Shown: piece by piece, positions 9,918 to 21,109 of the stretch | How positions within the stretch are numbered: the first letter of the stretch is position 1 | Layout of the letters: the number at the start of each line of letters is the position of its first letter | Assembly (NCBI GenBank): GCA_965216325.1 | Contig: OZ244160.1 | Coordinates: 2,944,001-3,008,000, forward strand | Source of the DNA: Coraliomargarita sp. | GTDB lineage: Bacteria; Verrucomicrobiota; Verrucomicrobiia; Opitutales; Coraliomargaritaceae | Direction of reading: 5' to 3' | DNA: 64,000 bases | Notes under the pieces: generated by a model | Databases searched by the model: none | What the model was told of the DNA's origin: nothing | The model's input: only the letters and a program-made list of their open reading frames with translations | Translations under genes and position numbers: made by a program

Positions 9918-12362
9918 CTATCGCCGCCGCTGCTCGCGTGTGAGTGGCGGCAAGTTCTCGAAGGGATAGCTGACGTGTTGCTTCGCCAAGGATTCTTGGC
10001 AGGCGGCTTTCAATTTCATCCAACGGTCCCAGTCAAAATCGGGTGCTGTTGCGATGTGTGCTCTGATACTGCGCCATTCGACACGGGCACGCTCCATGTC
10101 GCCGTAGCTGAGTTCGTCGTCGAGGTAGTTGTCCAAGTGGCTGCTTTTGTTTTCCAGATTATACAGCACTTCGCTGGCGCCTTCGCCATAGTCTTCGGGA
10201 AGCCCGCGGCGTAAGTAGCCGGGGATGCTGCGTAAGCCGTAGCTGTTCTGGCAGAGGGAAGTCAGCGGGCGACCTGCGAGTGCGAGCGCATTGAAGCGGT
10301 GGCCCGCACGGATGTTGGCGAGATCGTAAAGGAGTTCCTCGATCGGGTAGGTCGCGTCCTCCAGTCCGGCGGCGACGGCAAGACCTTCGCCCTGATTGAA
10401 AAAGGAGAAGAGGATGCCGCGACGGGTTGGTTTCGCTTCGCGATCGATGAGCCCAAGCGAGAACCAGTGTTCAGCGACGCTGCGTGGTTTGCCAATCGTT
10501 TGATTCAACTGACTGCTTGGCGCTTCGGATCCAACGATCACTCGCTTGCGTAGCTTGGGATTGAGCAGGCCTTTACCTTCCAGATCTTTATAAGCGTGGA
10601 TCTCGGCTTTGCTATAATCAAGACGCGCGATCAGTGAATCATCTCGCTCGGTTAGCTCAACACAATGGCCACCACGGGTCAGCATCGGTAGTTGTGGCAG
10701 GAGCTGTTTTTCAATGCGCTCCAGCGTCCATAGTTTGGCAATGTTCGGCTTGCGTCCATCGGCACGTTGCTGTTCGCGTAGGGCTTTGCGCAGCCATGCA
10801 CTGAGTTGTAAGCGGTCATCGTCGCTGTCTTTGGGGAAGCGTGCGAGCGGGGCGTTGATTCCGTAGCGGCGCTCTTTGCCACTGCCGAATTTGCAGATTG
10901 TGCCGATCCGAATGCTGGCCACTAGCTTCGGACTACTGAGGCCGGGGCGCCAGGTGTCGCCGTCGAGATACCAGGTGTCTTTCAGTTTAAACAGTAGCGG
11001 CGCGCGTCGGCGTTCCCAGATGCCGGCACTGTTTTGAAATTCGATCACTTCGCCGCCTGCGAGCTGTTGTTCGGAGAGGCCTTCCTGCTTACTAGTTGGC
11101 TTGCTGCGGCGTTGGTGGAGAAAGTCGTCGAGTCCGAGGCGGATGGGTTCGCGGGTAAACAGGTTGGCGGTTAGCTGGCGCGTTGCGTGAAGAGGGCTTT
11201 CGCCGTTTTCCACTGCGGTCTGAATGACGGTAATGAGCGAAGGCCAGTCGACGACATTGCCGCGTTGGAGTTGCACGGGCTTGGCTTCTGCAAGGCGCGG
11301 TTTATCTTCGAGATAGAGCACGCTGCCACGTTCATCCATCCCTCGGCGGCCGGCGCGGCCAAACATCTGCAGCAACTCGTCCGGGCGAAGCTGGCGGTGC
11401 CCATCGGCGATGCGATATTCACGATCCAGGACCAGCACGGAGCGCATGGAAAAGTTGATACCTGCAGCGAGTCCGGTGGTGGCGACGATGACTTTGAGCT
11501 GGTTGTGCTTGGCCAGCGGTTCGACCAAACCTGCGCGCTGGGCATAGCTCATGCCGCTGTGGTGAAAGGCGATGCGGTTCTTCAGGCAACGAACGAGTTC
11601 AGGTCCGGCAACGGTCTGTTGCTCTGGGCTGAGCACAATCGGATTGGGCTCCGGTAAGGCACTGGCGAGCGTGCGGGCAAGTGCTTCGGCAGACTTGCGG
11701 CGTGGAGCAAAAATCAAGATCGGCCCCAGTTCGGCGGCTAAAGCGCGTGCGATGGTGCGCGGCCAACGACCGCGAATGGTCTTCGGCACGCGATCCGGTA
11801 ATCCATCGAGGTGGACTTCATCAAGAGGCACGGGACGCTCGTCATGACGCACGGAAACCACATTGCGGTCACAGCGTTGTAGCCATTTTTCGACTGACTG
11901 CGGGTTTCCGACGCTGCCACTGAATAGGAGCAATTGAGTGCCGGGAGGGGCGGTTGCCAGCGCTAGCTCGTAGGTCACGCCCCGTGCGCTGTCGGCGAGC
12001 ATTTGGTATTCGTCGATAACGAGGATGCGAGGCCCTCGGCCCATCATCAGCGCGCGCTTTTGCGTTTCGAGCGTTGCGACGATAATTGGTGCGTCCGTGT
12101 TGTAACTGACGTCGCCCGTCTCAATCCCGACGTTCCAACCTTTGGCCTGCCATTCCAGCAGTTTGTCATTCGCAAGCGCGCGTGTTGGGACGGTGTAGAC
12201 AGCTTTACCGGGGAAATCATGCTCGACCAGCAATTCGAATACAAAGGTCTTTCCTGCTCCAGTAGGCGCATGGACGATTACATCGTGGCCTGCGCGTAGC
12301 AGATTGACCGCCTTCTGCTGCCAGAGGTCTGGAACGGTCAAGACTGTCGAAAGATCATCCAC
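9918..12362 (-). CDS. Ski2/HelY-like DEAD/DEAH-box helicase
   Basis: APTGAGKT, PTRALANDK, DEYQ and QMFGRAGRRG motifs. Confidence 0.88.
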   Translation of the reverse strand: MDDLSTVLTVPDLWQQKAVNLLRAGHDVIVHAPTGAGKTFVFELLVEHDFPGKAVYTVPTRALANDKLLEWQAKGWNVGIETGDVSYNTDAPIIVATLETQKRALMMGRGPRILVIDEYQMLADSARGVTYELALATAPPGTQLLLFSGSVGNPQSVEKWLQRCDRNVVSVRHDERPVPLDEVHLDGLPDRVPKTIRGRWPRTIARALAAELGPILIFAPRRKSAEALARTLASALPEPNPIVLSPEQQTVAGPELVRCLKNRIAFHHSGMSYAQRAGLVEPLAKHNQLKVIVATTGLAAGINFSMRSVLVLDREYRIADGHRQLRPDELLQMFGRAGRRGMDERGSVLYLEDKPRLAEAKPVQLQRGNVVDWPSLITVIQTAVENGESPLHATRQLTANLFTREPIRLGLDDFLHQRRSKPTSKQEGLSEQQLAGGEVIEFQNSAGIWERRRAPLLFKLKDTWYLDGDTWRPGLSSPKLVASIRIGTICKFGSGKERRYGINAPLARFPKDSDDDRLQLSAWLRKALREQQRADGRKPNIAKLWTLERIEKQLLPQLPMLTRGGHCVELTERDDSLIARLDYSKAEIHAYKDLEGKGLLNPKLRKRVIVGSEAPSSQLNQTIGKPRSVAEHWFSLGLIDREAKPTRRGILFSFFNQGEGLAVAAGLEDATYPIEELLYDLANIRAGHRFNALALAGRPLTSLCQNSYGLRSIPGYLRRGLPEDYGEGASEVLYNLENKSSHLDNYLDDELSYGDMERARVEWRSIRAHIATAPDFDWDRWMKLKAACQESLAKQHVSYPFENLPPLTREQRRR

Positions 12363-12454
12363 GGAGGGTTCAATGTGGGCGTATCTGCAGAGATGAAAAG
12401 CCGGAATGGAGGAAAACTGCTAGCTATCGGTTGGACTTTGTTTAGAACTAGAGA

Positions 12455-13393
12455 ATGCAGCAGGCAGCGAAAGTAGTGACGGTAACCCTAAATCCAGCGA
12501 TCGATCAGTCGGTGGTGGTCGACGAACTGAAGCCGGGCGAGGTGCATCGCGTGCGCGCGAGTCGTCGTCAAGCGGGAGGCAAGGGCGTCAATGTTGCGAC
12601 GATGTTATCTTTAGGCGGTCATGCGAGTACCGTGTCGGGCTTTCTTGGTGCCGAGAATACTGCAATCTTTGAAACGCATTTTAATAGGCATGACTTGGAG
12701 GACGCGTTTGTTCGAGTGCCTGGAGAAACGCGTGTCGGTATCAAAATTCTGGATGATAAAGCGGGCACAACAGATCTGAATTTCCCAGGGGCCAAAATAG
12801 ATGCAGCTGCGCGTACCCAGCTTCGTAGTTGCTTGCTCGAACGCGCTGAGTCGGGTGTGTGGTTTGTCTTTGGCGGAAGCTTGCCAATTGGTTTCTCGGT
12901 TGAGGAGTTTGTTGATCTCTTGGCGAGTTTACAAGAGACGGGTGCCAAGCTAGCTGTGGATACCAGTGGTCCTGCTTTGGCTGCTGCGATCGAGCTTGGT
13001 GTCGATCTCATTAAGCCCAATGAGCATGAGTTAGCAGGTGCCTTAGGGCTTGCAGATGCGAGGCCAAAGACAGTGATGGCTGCGGTGGATGCCTTGTCGC
13101 TTGAAACTATTATCCTCTCGATGGGAAGTCAGGGCGCGTTGTTTGTTTCGGGCGCCGAAAAGGTTTTGGCGAAGCCCCCCGCACTTGACGTGATTAGCAC
13201 GGTCGGTGCAGGGGACTCTTTACTGGCAGGTTATCTTGCCGGCGTATTGCAGGGGCTCAGCCTCGAAGATTGCGCGCGCTCTGCGACGGCTTATGCGTGG
13301 AGCCGGTTGGTATCAGTGGAGCCCAGCATTCCTGAGTCAGACGAACTGCAAGCGCGTATGGCTGTCGTTGAGCTTACGTCGCAAGAGGATTAG
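12455..13393 (+). CDS. 1-phosphofructokinase family hexose kinase (PfkB family)
   Basis: [21 protein letters not shown] and STVGAGDS motifs. Confidence 0.88.
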   Translation: MQQAAKVVTVTLNPAIDQSVVVDELKPGEVHRVRASRRQAGGKGVNVATMLSLGGHASTVSGFLGAENTAIFETHFNRHDLEDAFVRVPGETRVGIKILDDKAGTTDLNFPGAKIDAAARTQLRSCLLERAESGVWFVFGGSLPIGFSVEEFVDLLASLQETGAKLAVDTSGPALAAAIELGVDLIKPNEHELAGALGLADARPKTVMAAVDALSLETIILSMGSQGALFVSGAEKVLAKPPALDVISTVGAGDSLLAGYLAGVLQGLSLEDCARSATAYAWSRLVSVEPSIPESDELQARMAVVELTSQED

Positions 13394-15219
13394 TAAGGAA
13401 ACATCAGTGGTGTGACGAGTAGAGTGACTATCCAAGTCACCAGTAGAAGTGGGACGCCAACCTTTACAAAATCGAAGAACTTGTATTCACCCGGCTCCAT
13501 CACGAGTGTGACCACTGGAGTGGATACTGGTGTGCTATACGCTGCAGACGCTGCGATCATCACGGCGATCGCGTAAGGATAGGGGGAGACATCTTGAAAC
13601 TCCGCTGCGGCAATTGCAATCGGTGCGAGCAATACTGCGGTTGCCGTGTTGGATAAAAACATACCCACAATCGCGGTGATGAAAAACAATGCGGTGAACA
13701 TCACGCTGTGCGGTGCCTGCCCCAAGGCGTCCATTAGGTTATTGACGATTAAATCGGTGCCTCCGGTTTTATTTAGAGCATCAGCCATTGGCAGTAGACC
13801 AGCGATGAGGACAATACTATTCCAATGAATGGAGCGATAGGCATCCTCCATGGTCATGCATCGAGTCAGCACTGCTCCCAAGGCGGCACACAGCACTATA
13901 ATCGTGAGTGGCATAAGCTCCAGAACGCTGGTCGCGATGAGCATGGCTAAAATACCCAGTGCGAGGGGGGCCTTCTTATACGCTGGAGCGCGCTCGTCTG
14001 TATCGCTTGGCTCCTCGAGCACAATGAAGTCGTGGTGTTGCTTCGAGAGTTGATTGATTCGATCTCGATGCCCCGCCACAAAGAGGCTGTCCGAAGCTTT
14101 GAGCTTTGCGCTGCCAAAATCCGAGAGGGGCGCCTGTGCTCTACGAATGCCGAGAACTTGCAAGCCGAATTGTGTTTGAAACTCCGCTTCTGCAATCGTC
14201 TTGTTGATGAGTTGGGATTCTGGGTGAATTAGGACGGTGCTCGCACCAGCTTCCCAGAGGAGTCGTTGGCGCTGGATTTTTGTGAGCTCATGTCCGGAGA
14301 TTCCTTGCAGTTTTACGAATGCGTCATGTGCTTCTGGGCGGCCAACGATATGAACCAGATCGCCGGGGCGAAACTGCAGCGAACTGTCACCCGAGAAGAC
14401 GGAATATTCGTTACGCTTGCGCTCGCGGATAATGCTTAAGACACGTAGCCCATATTGGCTGGGTAAATGGGCTTCTCCTACGGTTGTGTCCGCGTAGATG
14501 AAATCTTCATTAATATGGTAAGTCCTCGCTTCGTCATCTTCATTAAAGGCACGGAAAAGCTCAGCAATAGAGCGCCCCTTACTGCTTCCATCGTTTTCAG
14601 ATGAGGTATTGTCTGGCAGTAATTTGCGTCCGATCACTACAAAGTAGAGCACGGCGGCTACAAGGACGGCTAGGCCGAGTGGCGTGAAACTGAAGAAATT
14701 GAATCCGTCGTAGCCGGAATCCATGAGCTCCCCATGCACGACAAGATTGGTCGGAGTGGCAATTAGGGTGAGCATGCCACTGATCAATGCCGCATAGGAC
14801 ATCGGGATCAGTAGTTTCGATTTGCTGACGCCTGTTTCGTGGGCAATCCGAACAATGATTGGGATGAAGATGGCAACAATTGCCGTTGAGCTCATGGCAC
14901 CACCCAGTAAGCCTGCAGACATCATTAGAACCGCCAACAGGCGTGTCTCACCTTTGCCGCCTTTTTGCGAGATGATGTCTCCGACTTTTCGGGCAATGCC
15001 TGTGCGATCGAGCATTTCTCCGACCACGAGTAGGGCTGCTACGAGAATAACCACACTGTTACCAAATCCTGCGAGCGCTTCGTTTACGCTGAGGATCCCG
15101 CTGAGGCTCAGCGCGATAATAACCAGCAAGGCGATGATGTCGAAGCGAACACGGTTACTCGCCATTGCGACGGCAACGACGGCAAGCAAGCCAAAGACGA
15201 AAAGCATATCAGAGTTCAT
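13390..15219 (-). CDS. SLC13 family permease with TrkA-C domains
   Basis: TLIATPTNL and [13 protein letters not shown] motifs plus a central soluble RCK_C region. Start set at MNSDML because the longer ORF runs into a repeat. Confidence 0.88.
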   Translation of the reverse strand: MNSDMLFVFGLLAVVAVAMASNRVRFDIIALLVIIALSLSGILSVNEALAGFGNSVVILVAALLVVGEMLDRTGIARKVGDIISQKGGKGETRLLAVLMMSAGLLGGAMSSTAIVAIFIPIIVRIAHETGVSKSKLLIPMSYAALISGMLTLIATPTNLVVHGELMDSGYDGFNFFSFTPLGLAVLVAAVLYFVVIGRKLLPDNTSSENDGSSKGRSIAELFRAFNEDDEARTYHINEDFIYADTTVGEAHLPSQYGLRVLSIIRERKRNEYSVFSGDSSLQFRPGDLVHIVGRPEAHDAFVKLQGISGHELTKIQRQRLLWEAGASTVLIHPESQLINKTIAEAEFQTQFGLQVLGIRRAQAPLSDFGSAKLKASDSLFVAGHRDRINQLSKQHHDFIVLEEPSDTDERAPAYKKAPLALGILAMLIATSVLELMPLTIIVLCAALGAVLTRCMTMEDAYRSIHWNSIVLIAGLLPMADALNKTGGTDLIVNNLMDALGQAPHSVMFTALFFITAIVGMFLSNTATAVLLAPIAIAAAEFQDVSPYPYAIAVMIAASAAYSTPVSTPVVTLVMEPGEYKFFDFVKVGVPLLLVTWIVTLLVTPLMFPY

Positions 15220-15289
15220 CAAAACAGCGGGGGATTGAGTCGGCGGCAGCGGGTGTAATACCAATGCAATAAATGTCTGGCTTGGAAGG

Positions 15290-15395
15290 CCCCTCCCATC
15301 TGGCAAGCAGATGACCTACCCTTGGCAGGGGAGGAGCTTTTGTGGCTCCCCTCCTTGACGAGGAAGGGTGGATCGCGAAGTGAGACGGGGTGGTG
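15290..15395. repeat. CCCCTCC/GGAGGGG-type palindromic intergenic element
   Basis: Two degenerate inverted halves meeting at gaggagc-tttt-gtggctcccctc. Confidence 0.55.
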
Positions 15396-15484
15396 CTCAT
15401 AAAGACCAAACCTTACTCAAGATGGTGTAATCAAACGGACCACGCTTGCACGTGACCCGTTTGAAGAGAAATCAAATCGTTGGA

Positions 15485-16222
15485 TTAATTACCGAACAAG
15501 CCCTTGATGCTTTCGATGGCTCCTTCGCCGATGTCCTGTGCGCCTGAACCGCCTTGCTTGGCAGCTTCGGTGACCGCAGGGATGAGTTCTTCAAGAACTT
15601 TTGACAGAATGATGTTCATCGCATCAGCGATACTGGTGTTGCTCCCATCTTCGCCAATGTCATGCATCGTAATATTGGGTAAGGTGACTTGAAGGCCGGC
15701 TCCCATTATACCGGCGTAGACTTTGGCATCATCAATAATGAGCTCCTTAATGACGACTTGCTTGGAGGCACCCGTTTCTTCTGCTTCAGGTTGTTTTTCA
15801 GCGGTCTCATCTGAGGTGCCGGTAAATTCTTCGACGTTTTTGAGCAGTTTCTTTACGTTGGAACTTGTGAGGGTTTTCTCGTAACTAATTTCTGCTGCAG
15901 AGATGTGTATTTTGTTGATGATGATTTTGTCGCTGAGCAGAGAGCCGCGCTCAAGGTCGATGTCGATCTTGCCCAGAGCGAAGATGTGTTCACTCTTAAA
16001 ACCTTCGGGGTTGCCGATGTAGAGCCCTTCAAGGCTAGCGTTTGCGGCAAGAATTGAGATGTCCACATTGTCGAGTTGGACCGAAGTTTGTGTGACCTGA
16101 GGTCCAAACTTTTCGACGCCTACCTTGATTTGCTTACTAATAAAGCTTGAGCCAAATAGGTAGATAAGCGCGATGCCAGCGACGATGAGGACGAGTAAAA
16201 AAGCGAGTAGTTTTTTGATCAT
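15485..16222 (-). CDS. AsmA-like membrane-anchored protein
   Basis: N-terminal TM helix and an IGNPEGF beta-rich region. Confidence 0.6.
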   Translation of the reverse strand: MIKKLLAFLLVLIVAGIALIYLFGSSFISKQIKVGVEKFGPQVTQTSVQLDNVDISILAANASLEGLYIGNPEGFKSEHIFALGKIDIDLERGSLLSDKIIINKIHISAAEISYEKTLTSSNVKKLLKNVEEFTGTSDETAEKQPEAEETGASKQVVIKELIIDDAKVYAGIMGAGLQVTLPNITMHDIGEDGSNTSIADAMNIILSKVLEELIPAVTEAAKQGGSGAQDIGEGAIESIKGLFGN

Positions 16223-16292
16223 AATATGCTAGGTGAGAAACTCTTGTTGTCAGAGTCGCTGAATACGTTAGAACTTTTTGCCTAGTTTTCAA

Positions 16293-17231
16293 ATGGAATT
16301 AGAGGAGAATGAAACGCGACTGCCAGAGCCGGAGATCCCTGCGGAGCTTCGAGCGGTGGGGCTGTTTGCGGAAATTTCGGAGGCGAATGAGGCTGCTCTG
16401 GCGGTGTTGGCGATGGGGCAGGCTTACTGGATGTATCCGTTTGAAGATGGCTACGCGCTCTGTGTCGAACTTGCTGTTGCACAGAGTGTTGAGTTGGAGC
16501 TTGATGAGTGGCGTCGGCTACATCAAAGAAAGCATCCGCAGGGCGAGATTCTGTGGCGGGGCCGTTCGGTAGGAATGGGGTCGTTTGTGCTTTTTGTGTT
16601 CGTTCTTTGCGGAATCTTTGCTGTCCAGCAACTGTATCCGCTGGTGGAGTGGGGCGGTTCGGATGCGACTGCGCTTTTTGATGACAGGGAGTGGTGGCGT
16701 GTCGTGACTGCGCTGACACTTCATGGTGATGTCGTCCACCTAGTCTCGAATCTGGTTGCCGGTATCGGGTTTACGGCATTGGTCGCTCGGGTGTTTGGTG
16801 TGAGTTTGGGTTGGTTTTTGGTTTTTTTCGCCGGAAGCTTGGGAAACTTACTGACTGCATGGCTGCATTATCCTCAGGCGCACCTGTCGATCGGTGCCTC
16901 GACTGCGGTATTCGGAGCGCTGGGACTCTTGACGGGAGCGAGTGTGTGGCTGGCGTTATTTGACCCACGACGGAGTTTGTCACTGCCGCAATGGTTGTTG
17001 CCGATGCTTGGGGGGCTGACTTTGTTGGGCTTATTGGGAATGGGCGAAGGGCCAGTTGATATCTTGGCGCATGTATGTGGCTGTGGATTCGGACTGTCCT
17101 TGGGCTTGGCGGGCGCTGGGCTGAAATTGCCGGAAGCAGCGAAACAGTCAGTATTCCAAAGTAAGCTGGGCTGGCTAGTGCCCTGTGTCTTGGCGTTGTG
17201 CTGGGGCTGCGCTGTTTTTTCGGGGGTGTAA
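16293..17231 (+). CDS. Rhomboid family intramembrane serine protease
   Basis: EWWRVVTALTLH, HLVSN, GASTAVFG and DILAH motifs. Confidence 0.9.
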   Translation: MELEENETRLPEPEIPAELRAVGLFAEISEANEAALAVLAMGQAYWMYPFEDGYALCVELAVAQSVELELDEWRRLHQRKHPQGEILWRGRSVGMGSFVLFVFVLCGIFAVQQLYPLVEWGGSDATALFDDREWWRVVTALTLHGDVVHLVSNLVAGIGFTALVARVFGVSLGWFLVFFAGSLGNLLTAWLHYPQAHLSIGASTAVFGALGLLTGASVWLALFDPRRSLSLPQWLLPMLGGLTLLGLLGMGEGPVDILAHVCGCGFGLSLGLAGAGLKLPEAAKQSVFQSKLGWLVPCVLALCWGCAVFSGV

Positions 17232-17274
17232 ATCACGCTTTACCTCGTGCTACGAGCAAAGTAGCTCTTGAGAT

Positions 17275-18261
17275 ATGACGGATTCAGGTTCTCCACGACT
17301 GACGACTGGGCAACAAGCTATGCGGGACGAGGCGGCTGCGATTTTGCAGGCAGCGGATCGGCTGGACTCCAATTTCGAAGCTGCAGTTGAGCTTATTCTT
17401 AAGGCAAAGAGCAAGCTGGTGATTTGTGGCATCGGTAAGTCCGGTCACATCGGTTGTAAGCTAGCGGCGACGTTTTCGAGTTGCGGCGTGCCTTCGGTTT
17501 TCTTGCATGCCGCTGAGGCGATTCATGGTGACTTGGGTGTGTATCAGCCTGGGGACCCAACGATAGTTCTTTCGAAGAGTGGTAGCACGGCGGAAGTGCT
17601 GCGTCTGATGCCAATGCTACGTAAGTTTGAGTCGCCGGTGATTGCAATTGTGGGGAATTTGGAGTCACCCATCGCAAAGGCTGCGGATGTGGTGCTTGAT
17701 GGCAGTGTCGATGCGGAAGCGGATCCGTTGAATTTGATGCCAACTTCAAGTTCGACTGTCAGTTTGGCGCTTGGTGATGCCCTGGCGGCCGCGTTGGTCA
17801 AGGCGAGAGATTTCACACCTGCAGAATTTGCAACATTTCATCCGGGGGGGCAACTCGGGCGTAATTTGCTGCTGACGGTTGGCGAGGTGATGCATGCCGC
17901 GGATTCGGTCGCAACAGCATCGGTCGATGAGACACTGCGCGAAGTGGTGATTCGAATGAACGAGCACCCTTTGGGGGCTGCTTGTGTGGTTGATTCTGAG
18001 CAGAAGCTATTGGGTATACTTACCGATGGAGACGTGCGCCGCTTACTTTCATCGGAAGGTGATATTTTGCAGATGAAAGTGGGCGACTGTATGACGCAAA
18101 AACCGATTTATACCCAGCCGGATGTTTCGCTGGGTGATGCGGTCAAAATCATGGAAGAGCGCAGTTCACAGATTTCGGTTTTGCCTGTCTTGTCGGGAGA
18201 TCATGCTACATTTGTTGGTCTGTTACGTCTCCACGATGCCTATCAGCCAAACTTGGCATAA
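17275..18261 (+). CDS. kdsD: KpsF/GutQ family arabinose-5-phosphate isomerase
   Basis: GIGKSGHIG, EAIHGDLG and FHPGGQLG motifs, plus a CBS pair. Confidence 0.88.
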   Translation: MTDSGSPRLTTGQQAMRDEAAAILQAADRLDSNFEAAVELILKAKSKLVICGIGKSGHIGCKLAATFSSCGVPSVFLHAAEAIHGDLGVYQPGDPTIVLSKSGSTAEVLRLMPMLRKFESPVIAIVGNLESPIAKAADVVLDGSVDAEADPLNLMPTSSSTVSLALGDALAAALVKARDFTPAEFATFHPGGQLGRNLLLTVGEVMHAADSVATASVDETLREVVIRMNEHPLGAACVVDSEQKLLGILTDGDVRRLLSSEGDILQMKVGDCMTQKPIYTQPDVSLGDAVKIMEERSSQISVLPVLSGDHATFVGLLRLHDAYQPNLA

Positions 18262-18267
18262 TTAAGC

Positions 18268-19731
18268 ATGGCAGGGCCTTCTATAGCGCCACGTGAGTGG
18301 GCAGTTGTTGCAGTGGGGGGAGCGACTCTCGGCTGGACTGCGTGGGCATTTGCGGGAGTTCAGCAATGGACTTTGCACTCGATGTTGTTCGGTGCCTTGT
18401 TGACTTTTTTACTGTCAATTATCCCGCTACCCGAATGTTTCAATGGGACGGATGGTGAGCACGGTAACATCAAGAATCTCAAGCGCCTGCTGAAGTTTCC
18501 GTTCTTTTGGTTCAGTGCTGCGCTGTTAGTTTATATTGCCATTCAAGGGGTGAACCCATCGTGGCAGGCGTTGGCGAGAAACCCTCTTTGGCTGGCTGAA
18601 GAGCTGACGCCACGGGTTAGCTGGCTGCCGACCGGGGTGCAGGCTAGCTATGAGCCAATGAATGCCTTTCGCGTCTTGGCGAGCTTTTCTGCTGCCTTCA
18701 TGCTTTGTTGGGGTTTATGGGTTGGTGTCCGTCGTCGGCAAAGTGCTGTAATCGTTTTGTGGATACTCGCCATTAGTGGCACACTGCTGGGAATGGTTGC
18801 GATCTTGCAGAAGCTCTCGGATGCCCCTGCGGTTTTGTGGCTGGTGAAATCTTCGAATCAACAATTCTGGGGCAGCTTCTTTTATCGGAATCAAGGGGCG
18901 GCCTACCTGATTCAGGGTATGGTCGCTTGTGCAGTGCTATTCTTTTATCATTACAACCAATCAGAGCGCAGGGCGCAGGCGGGTGGACCGTATATGTTGT
19001 TGGGTATCTTCATTGCATTACTCGCGGCCTCAATCGGTCTGGCGCTCTCTAGGGGTGGGGTTCTTTTTGGTTCCTTGTTTCTTGCAGTGTTTGTGGTCGC
19101 TGCAATTGGACGCTTCTTGTTGTCGTTTTCGCTTCAGCGTTCGCTTATTATATCAGTGCTTGTCGCCAGTATTATTGCGGGAGGAGGGTATGCGGCATCA
19201 CGTATGATCAATGTGGAGGACATCCAGAAGCGCTTTGGTGATATTGGAAAAACCATTGAAACTGCGGATCAGGACTCTCGTGCAATTTGCACCAAAATCA
19301 CCTGGAAGATGGCCCAAGAAGAACTGGCCTTTGGTTGGGGCGCCGGCTCTTGGCGCTATATCTTCCCCATGTATCAAAAAAGTTATCCAGAGATTTACTA
19401 TCAGTATTATCATCCGAGAAAGGGCTGGGTCGGGCGTAAGGAGTATCGCTATGCGCACAATGACATTGTTCAGTTCTTTTTCGAGCTAGGCATTGTTGGC
19501 TGTAGCTTACTTTTACTTAGTTGGGGCTACTGGCTTTTTAGCCTCTGTTTTCGAGCTTCTGGGAATGCACTCGCTGCTTTAATGCTACTTTGTGGTATGG
19601 CTGTTGCCTGTGGGCATGCCTTTGTTGACTTTATTTTTAACAGTCCAGCCTACTGGGTTGCGTTCAATGGTTTACTCTGCATCGCAGTCAAGTTGCTGGC
19701 ATTACACAGTGAACGTGTGCGGCATCGTTAA
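18268..19731 (+). CDS. O-antigen ligase family protein
   Basis: Multi-TM protein with LSRGG, FGWGAGSW and AHNDIVQFFFELG motifs. Confidence 0.85.
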   Translation: MAGPSIAPREWAVVAVGGATLGWTAWAFAGVQQWTLHSMLFGALLTFLLSIIPLPECFNGTDGEHGNIKNLKRLLKFPFFWFSAALLVYIAIQGVNPSWQALARNPLWLAEELTPRVSWLPTGVQASYEPMNAFRVLASFSAAFMLCWGLWVGVRRRQSAVIVLWILAISGTLLGMVAILQKLSDAPAVLWLVKSSNQQFWGSFFYRNQGAAYLIQGMVACAVLFFYHYNQSERRAQAGGPYMLLGIFIALLAASIGLALSRGGVLFGSLFLAVFVVAAIGRFLLSFSLQRSLIISVLVASIIAGGGYAASRMINVEDIQKRFGDIGKTIETADQDSRAICTKITWKMAQEELAFGWGAGSWRYIFPMYQKSYPEIYYQYYHPRKGWVGRKEYRYAHNDIVQFFFELGIVGCSLLLLSWGYWLFSLCFRASGNALAALMLLCGMAVACGHAFVDFIFNSPAYWVAFNGLLCIAVKLLALHSERVRHR

Positions 19732-19794
19732 CAGTATGTGTGATTACGTTTTACATCAGCAAACCTACCCCATTAAGAACCGATTAATACGCCG

Positions 19795-21072
19795 ATGAAT
19801 TCTAGACCCCGACTGATTCCTCAAGGGATGTGGATCCCTTACATCTTAGTTGCCAGCTGTTTTGCTTGGTGGGGATTTGCAAATTGTATTACGGATCCGC
19901 TGGTTAAAGTTTTTAAGGATATCTACGATAACCTCAGCCACACGGAGTCAGCACTCATTCAGTTTGCGTTCTATGCCGCGTATTTCTGTCTCGCGATTCC
20001 CGGCGGTATTATCAATCGACGCTATTCCTACAAGCATGGCATCCTTTCGGGCTTGGGTATCTCGATGCTTGGATGCTTTCTGTTTTATCCAGCGAGTCTG
20101 TCGAATAACTTCTATACCTTCCTCATTGCCTTTTATGTGTTAGCGAGTGGCCTTGCGGTCTTGGAAACTGCCGCGTCGCCATACATTTTAAGTATGGGGG
20201 CCGCGGAAACTGCGACCCAACGTCTCAATTTAGCCGGTGCTTTTGTGCCCACCGGTTCGATAGCCGGTGTCTTGATCAGTAAGTATTTCGTCCTCGAGAA
20301 ACTTGAGCTGCTTTCTGGCGAGAGTTCTGCAATGAGTCCTGAGCAAGTGCAGGCGGGGCAGCTTTCGATTGTGATCACACCTTACATCCTTGCTGGCTTT
20401 GTGCTGATCTTTGTTTGGCTGTTGATGCTATCGGTAAGGATACAAAAGCCTTCAGATATTGAGGCATCCAGGGAGCATCAGCTGGACTTGATTCCTTCGG
20501 TCAAACGACTTTGCGGCAATTCCAATTACCTCTTTGCGGTCGTCGCTCAATTTTTCTACGTCGGTCTACAGATTAGTGTGTGGACTTTTACGATTCACTA
20601 TGTGACTGAGCAACTCGGCATTAAAGGGAGCGAGGCGCTCAATTACCAAACTGCAGCATTGGTGGCCTTTATGGTCGCGCGCTTTATTTGCACAGGGCTG
20701 ATGTCTTATTTGCGCCCCAGCACACTGCTCTTGATTATGGCTTTGTTGGGGGCAGTCTGCTGTTTGATTGTGATGTTTGTGGGCGGCGCAATCGGTGTCT
20801 ATGCACTGGTTAGTATCTCTGCGTGTATGTCTCTGATGTTTCCGACCATCTTTGGCTTGGGCACCAAAGGCTTGGGTGAAGACATTAAATTCGGCAGTTC
20901 GGGGCTGATCATGGCCATTCTTGGTGGTGCGCTGATCCCACTGGCACAAGCCAGCTTGGTCGACGCCCTGAATGTGAACTATTCCTACGCAGTGCCGATG
21001 ATTTGCTGTTTGGTCATCGCGATCTTTGCGGTGTTTTCACACCGCATTCCCGCATCCGACGAAGCGGTTTGA
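19795..21072 (+). CDS. FucP-like sugar:H+ symporter (MFS)
   Basis: LIQFAFYAAYF, LETAASPY and SLMFPTIF motifs. Confidence 0.85.
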   Translation: MNSRPRLIPQGMWIPYILVASCFAWWGFANCITDPLVKVFKDIYDNLSHTESALIQFAFYAAYFCLAIPGGIINRRYSYKHGILSGLGISMLGCFLFYPASLSNNFYTFLIAFYVLASGLAVLETAASPYILSMGAAETATQRLNLAGAFVPTGSIAGVLISKYFVLEKLELLSGESSAMSPEQVQAGQLSIVITPYILAGFVLIFVWLLMLSVRIQKPSDIEASREHQLDLIPSVKRLCGNSNYLFAVVAQFFYVGLQISVWTFTIHYVTEQLGIKGSEALNYQTAALVAFMVARFICTGLMSYLRPSTLLLIMALLGAVCCLIVMFVGGAIGVYALVSISACMSLMFPTIFGLGTKGLGEDIKFGSSGLIMAILGGALIPLAQASLVDALNVNYSYAVPMICCLVIAIFAVFSHRIPASDEAV

Positions 21073-21109
21073 GCCAGAAGACCTAGGTCTTCTGGCTCAA
21101 CGGATGAGC

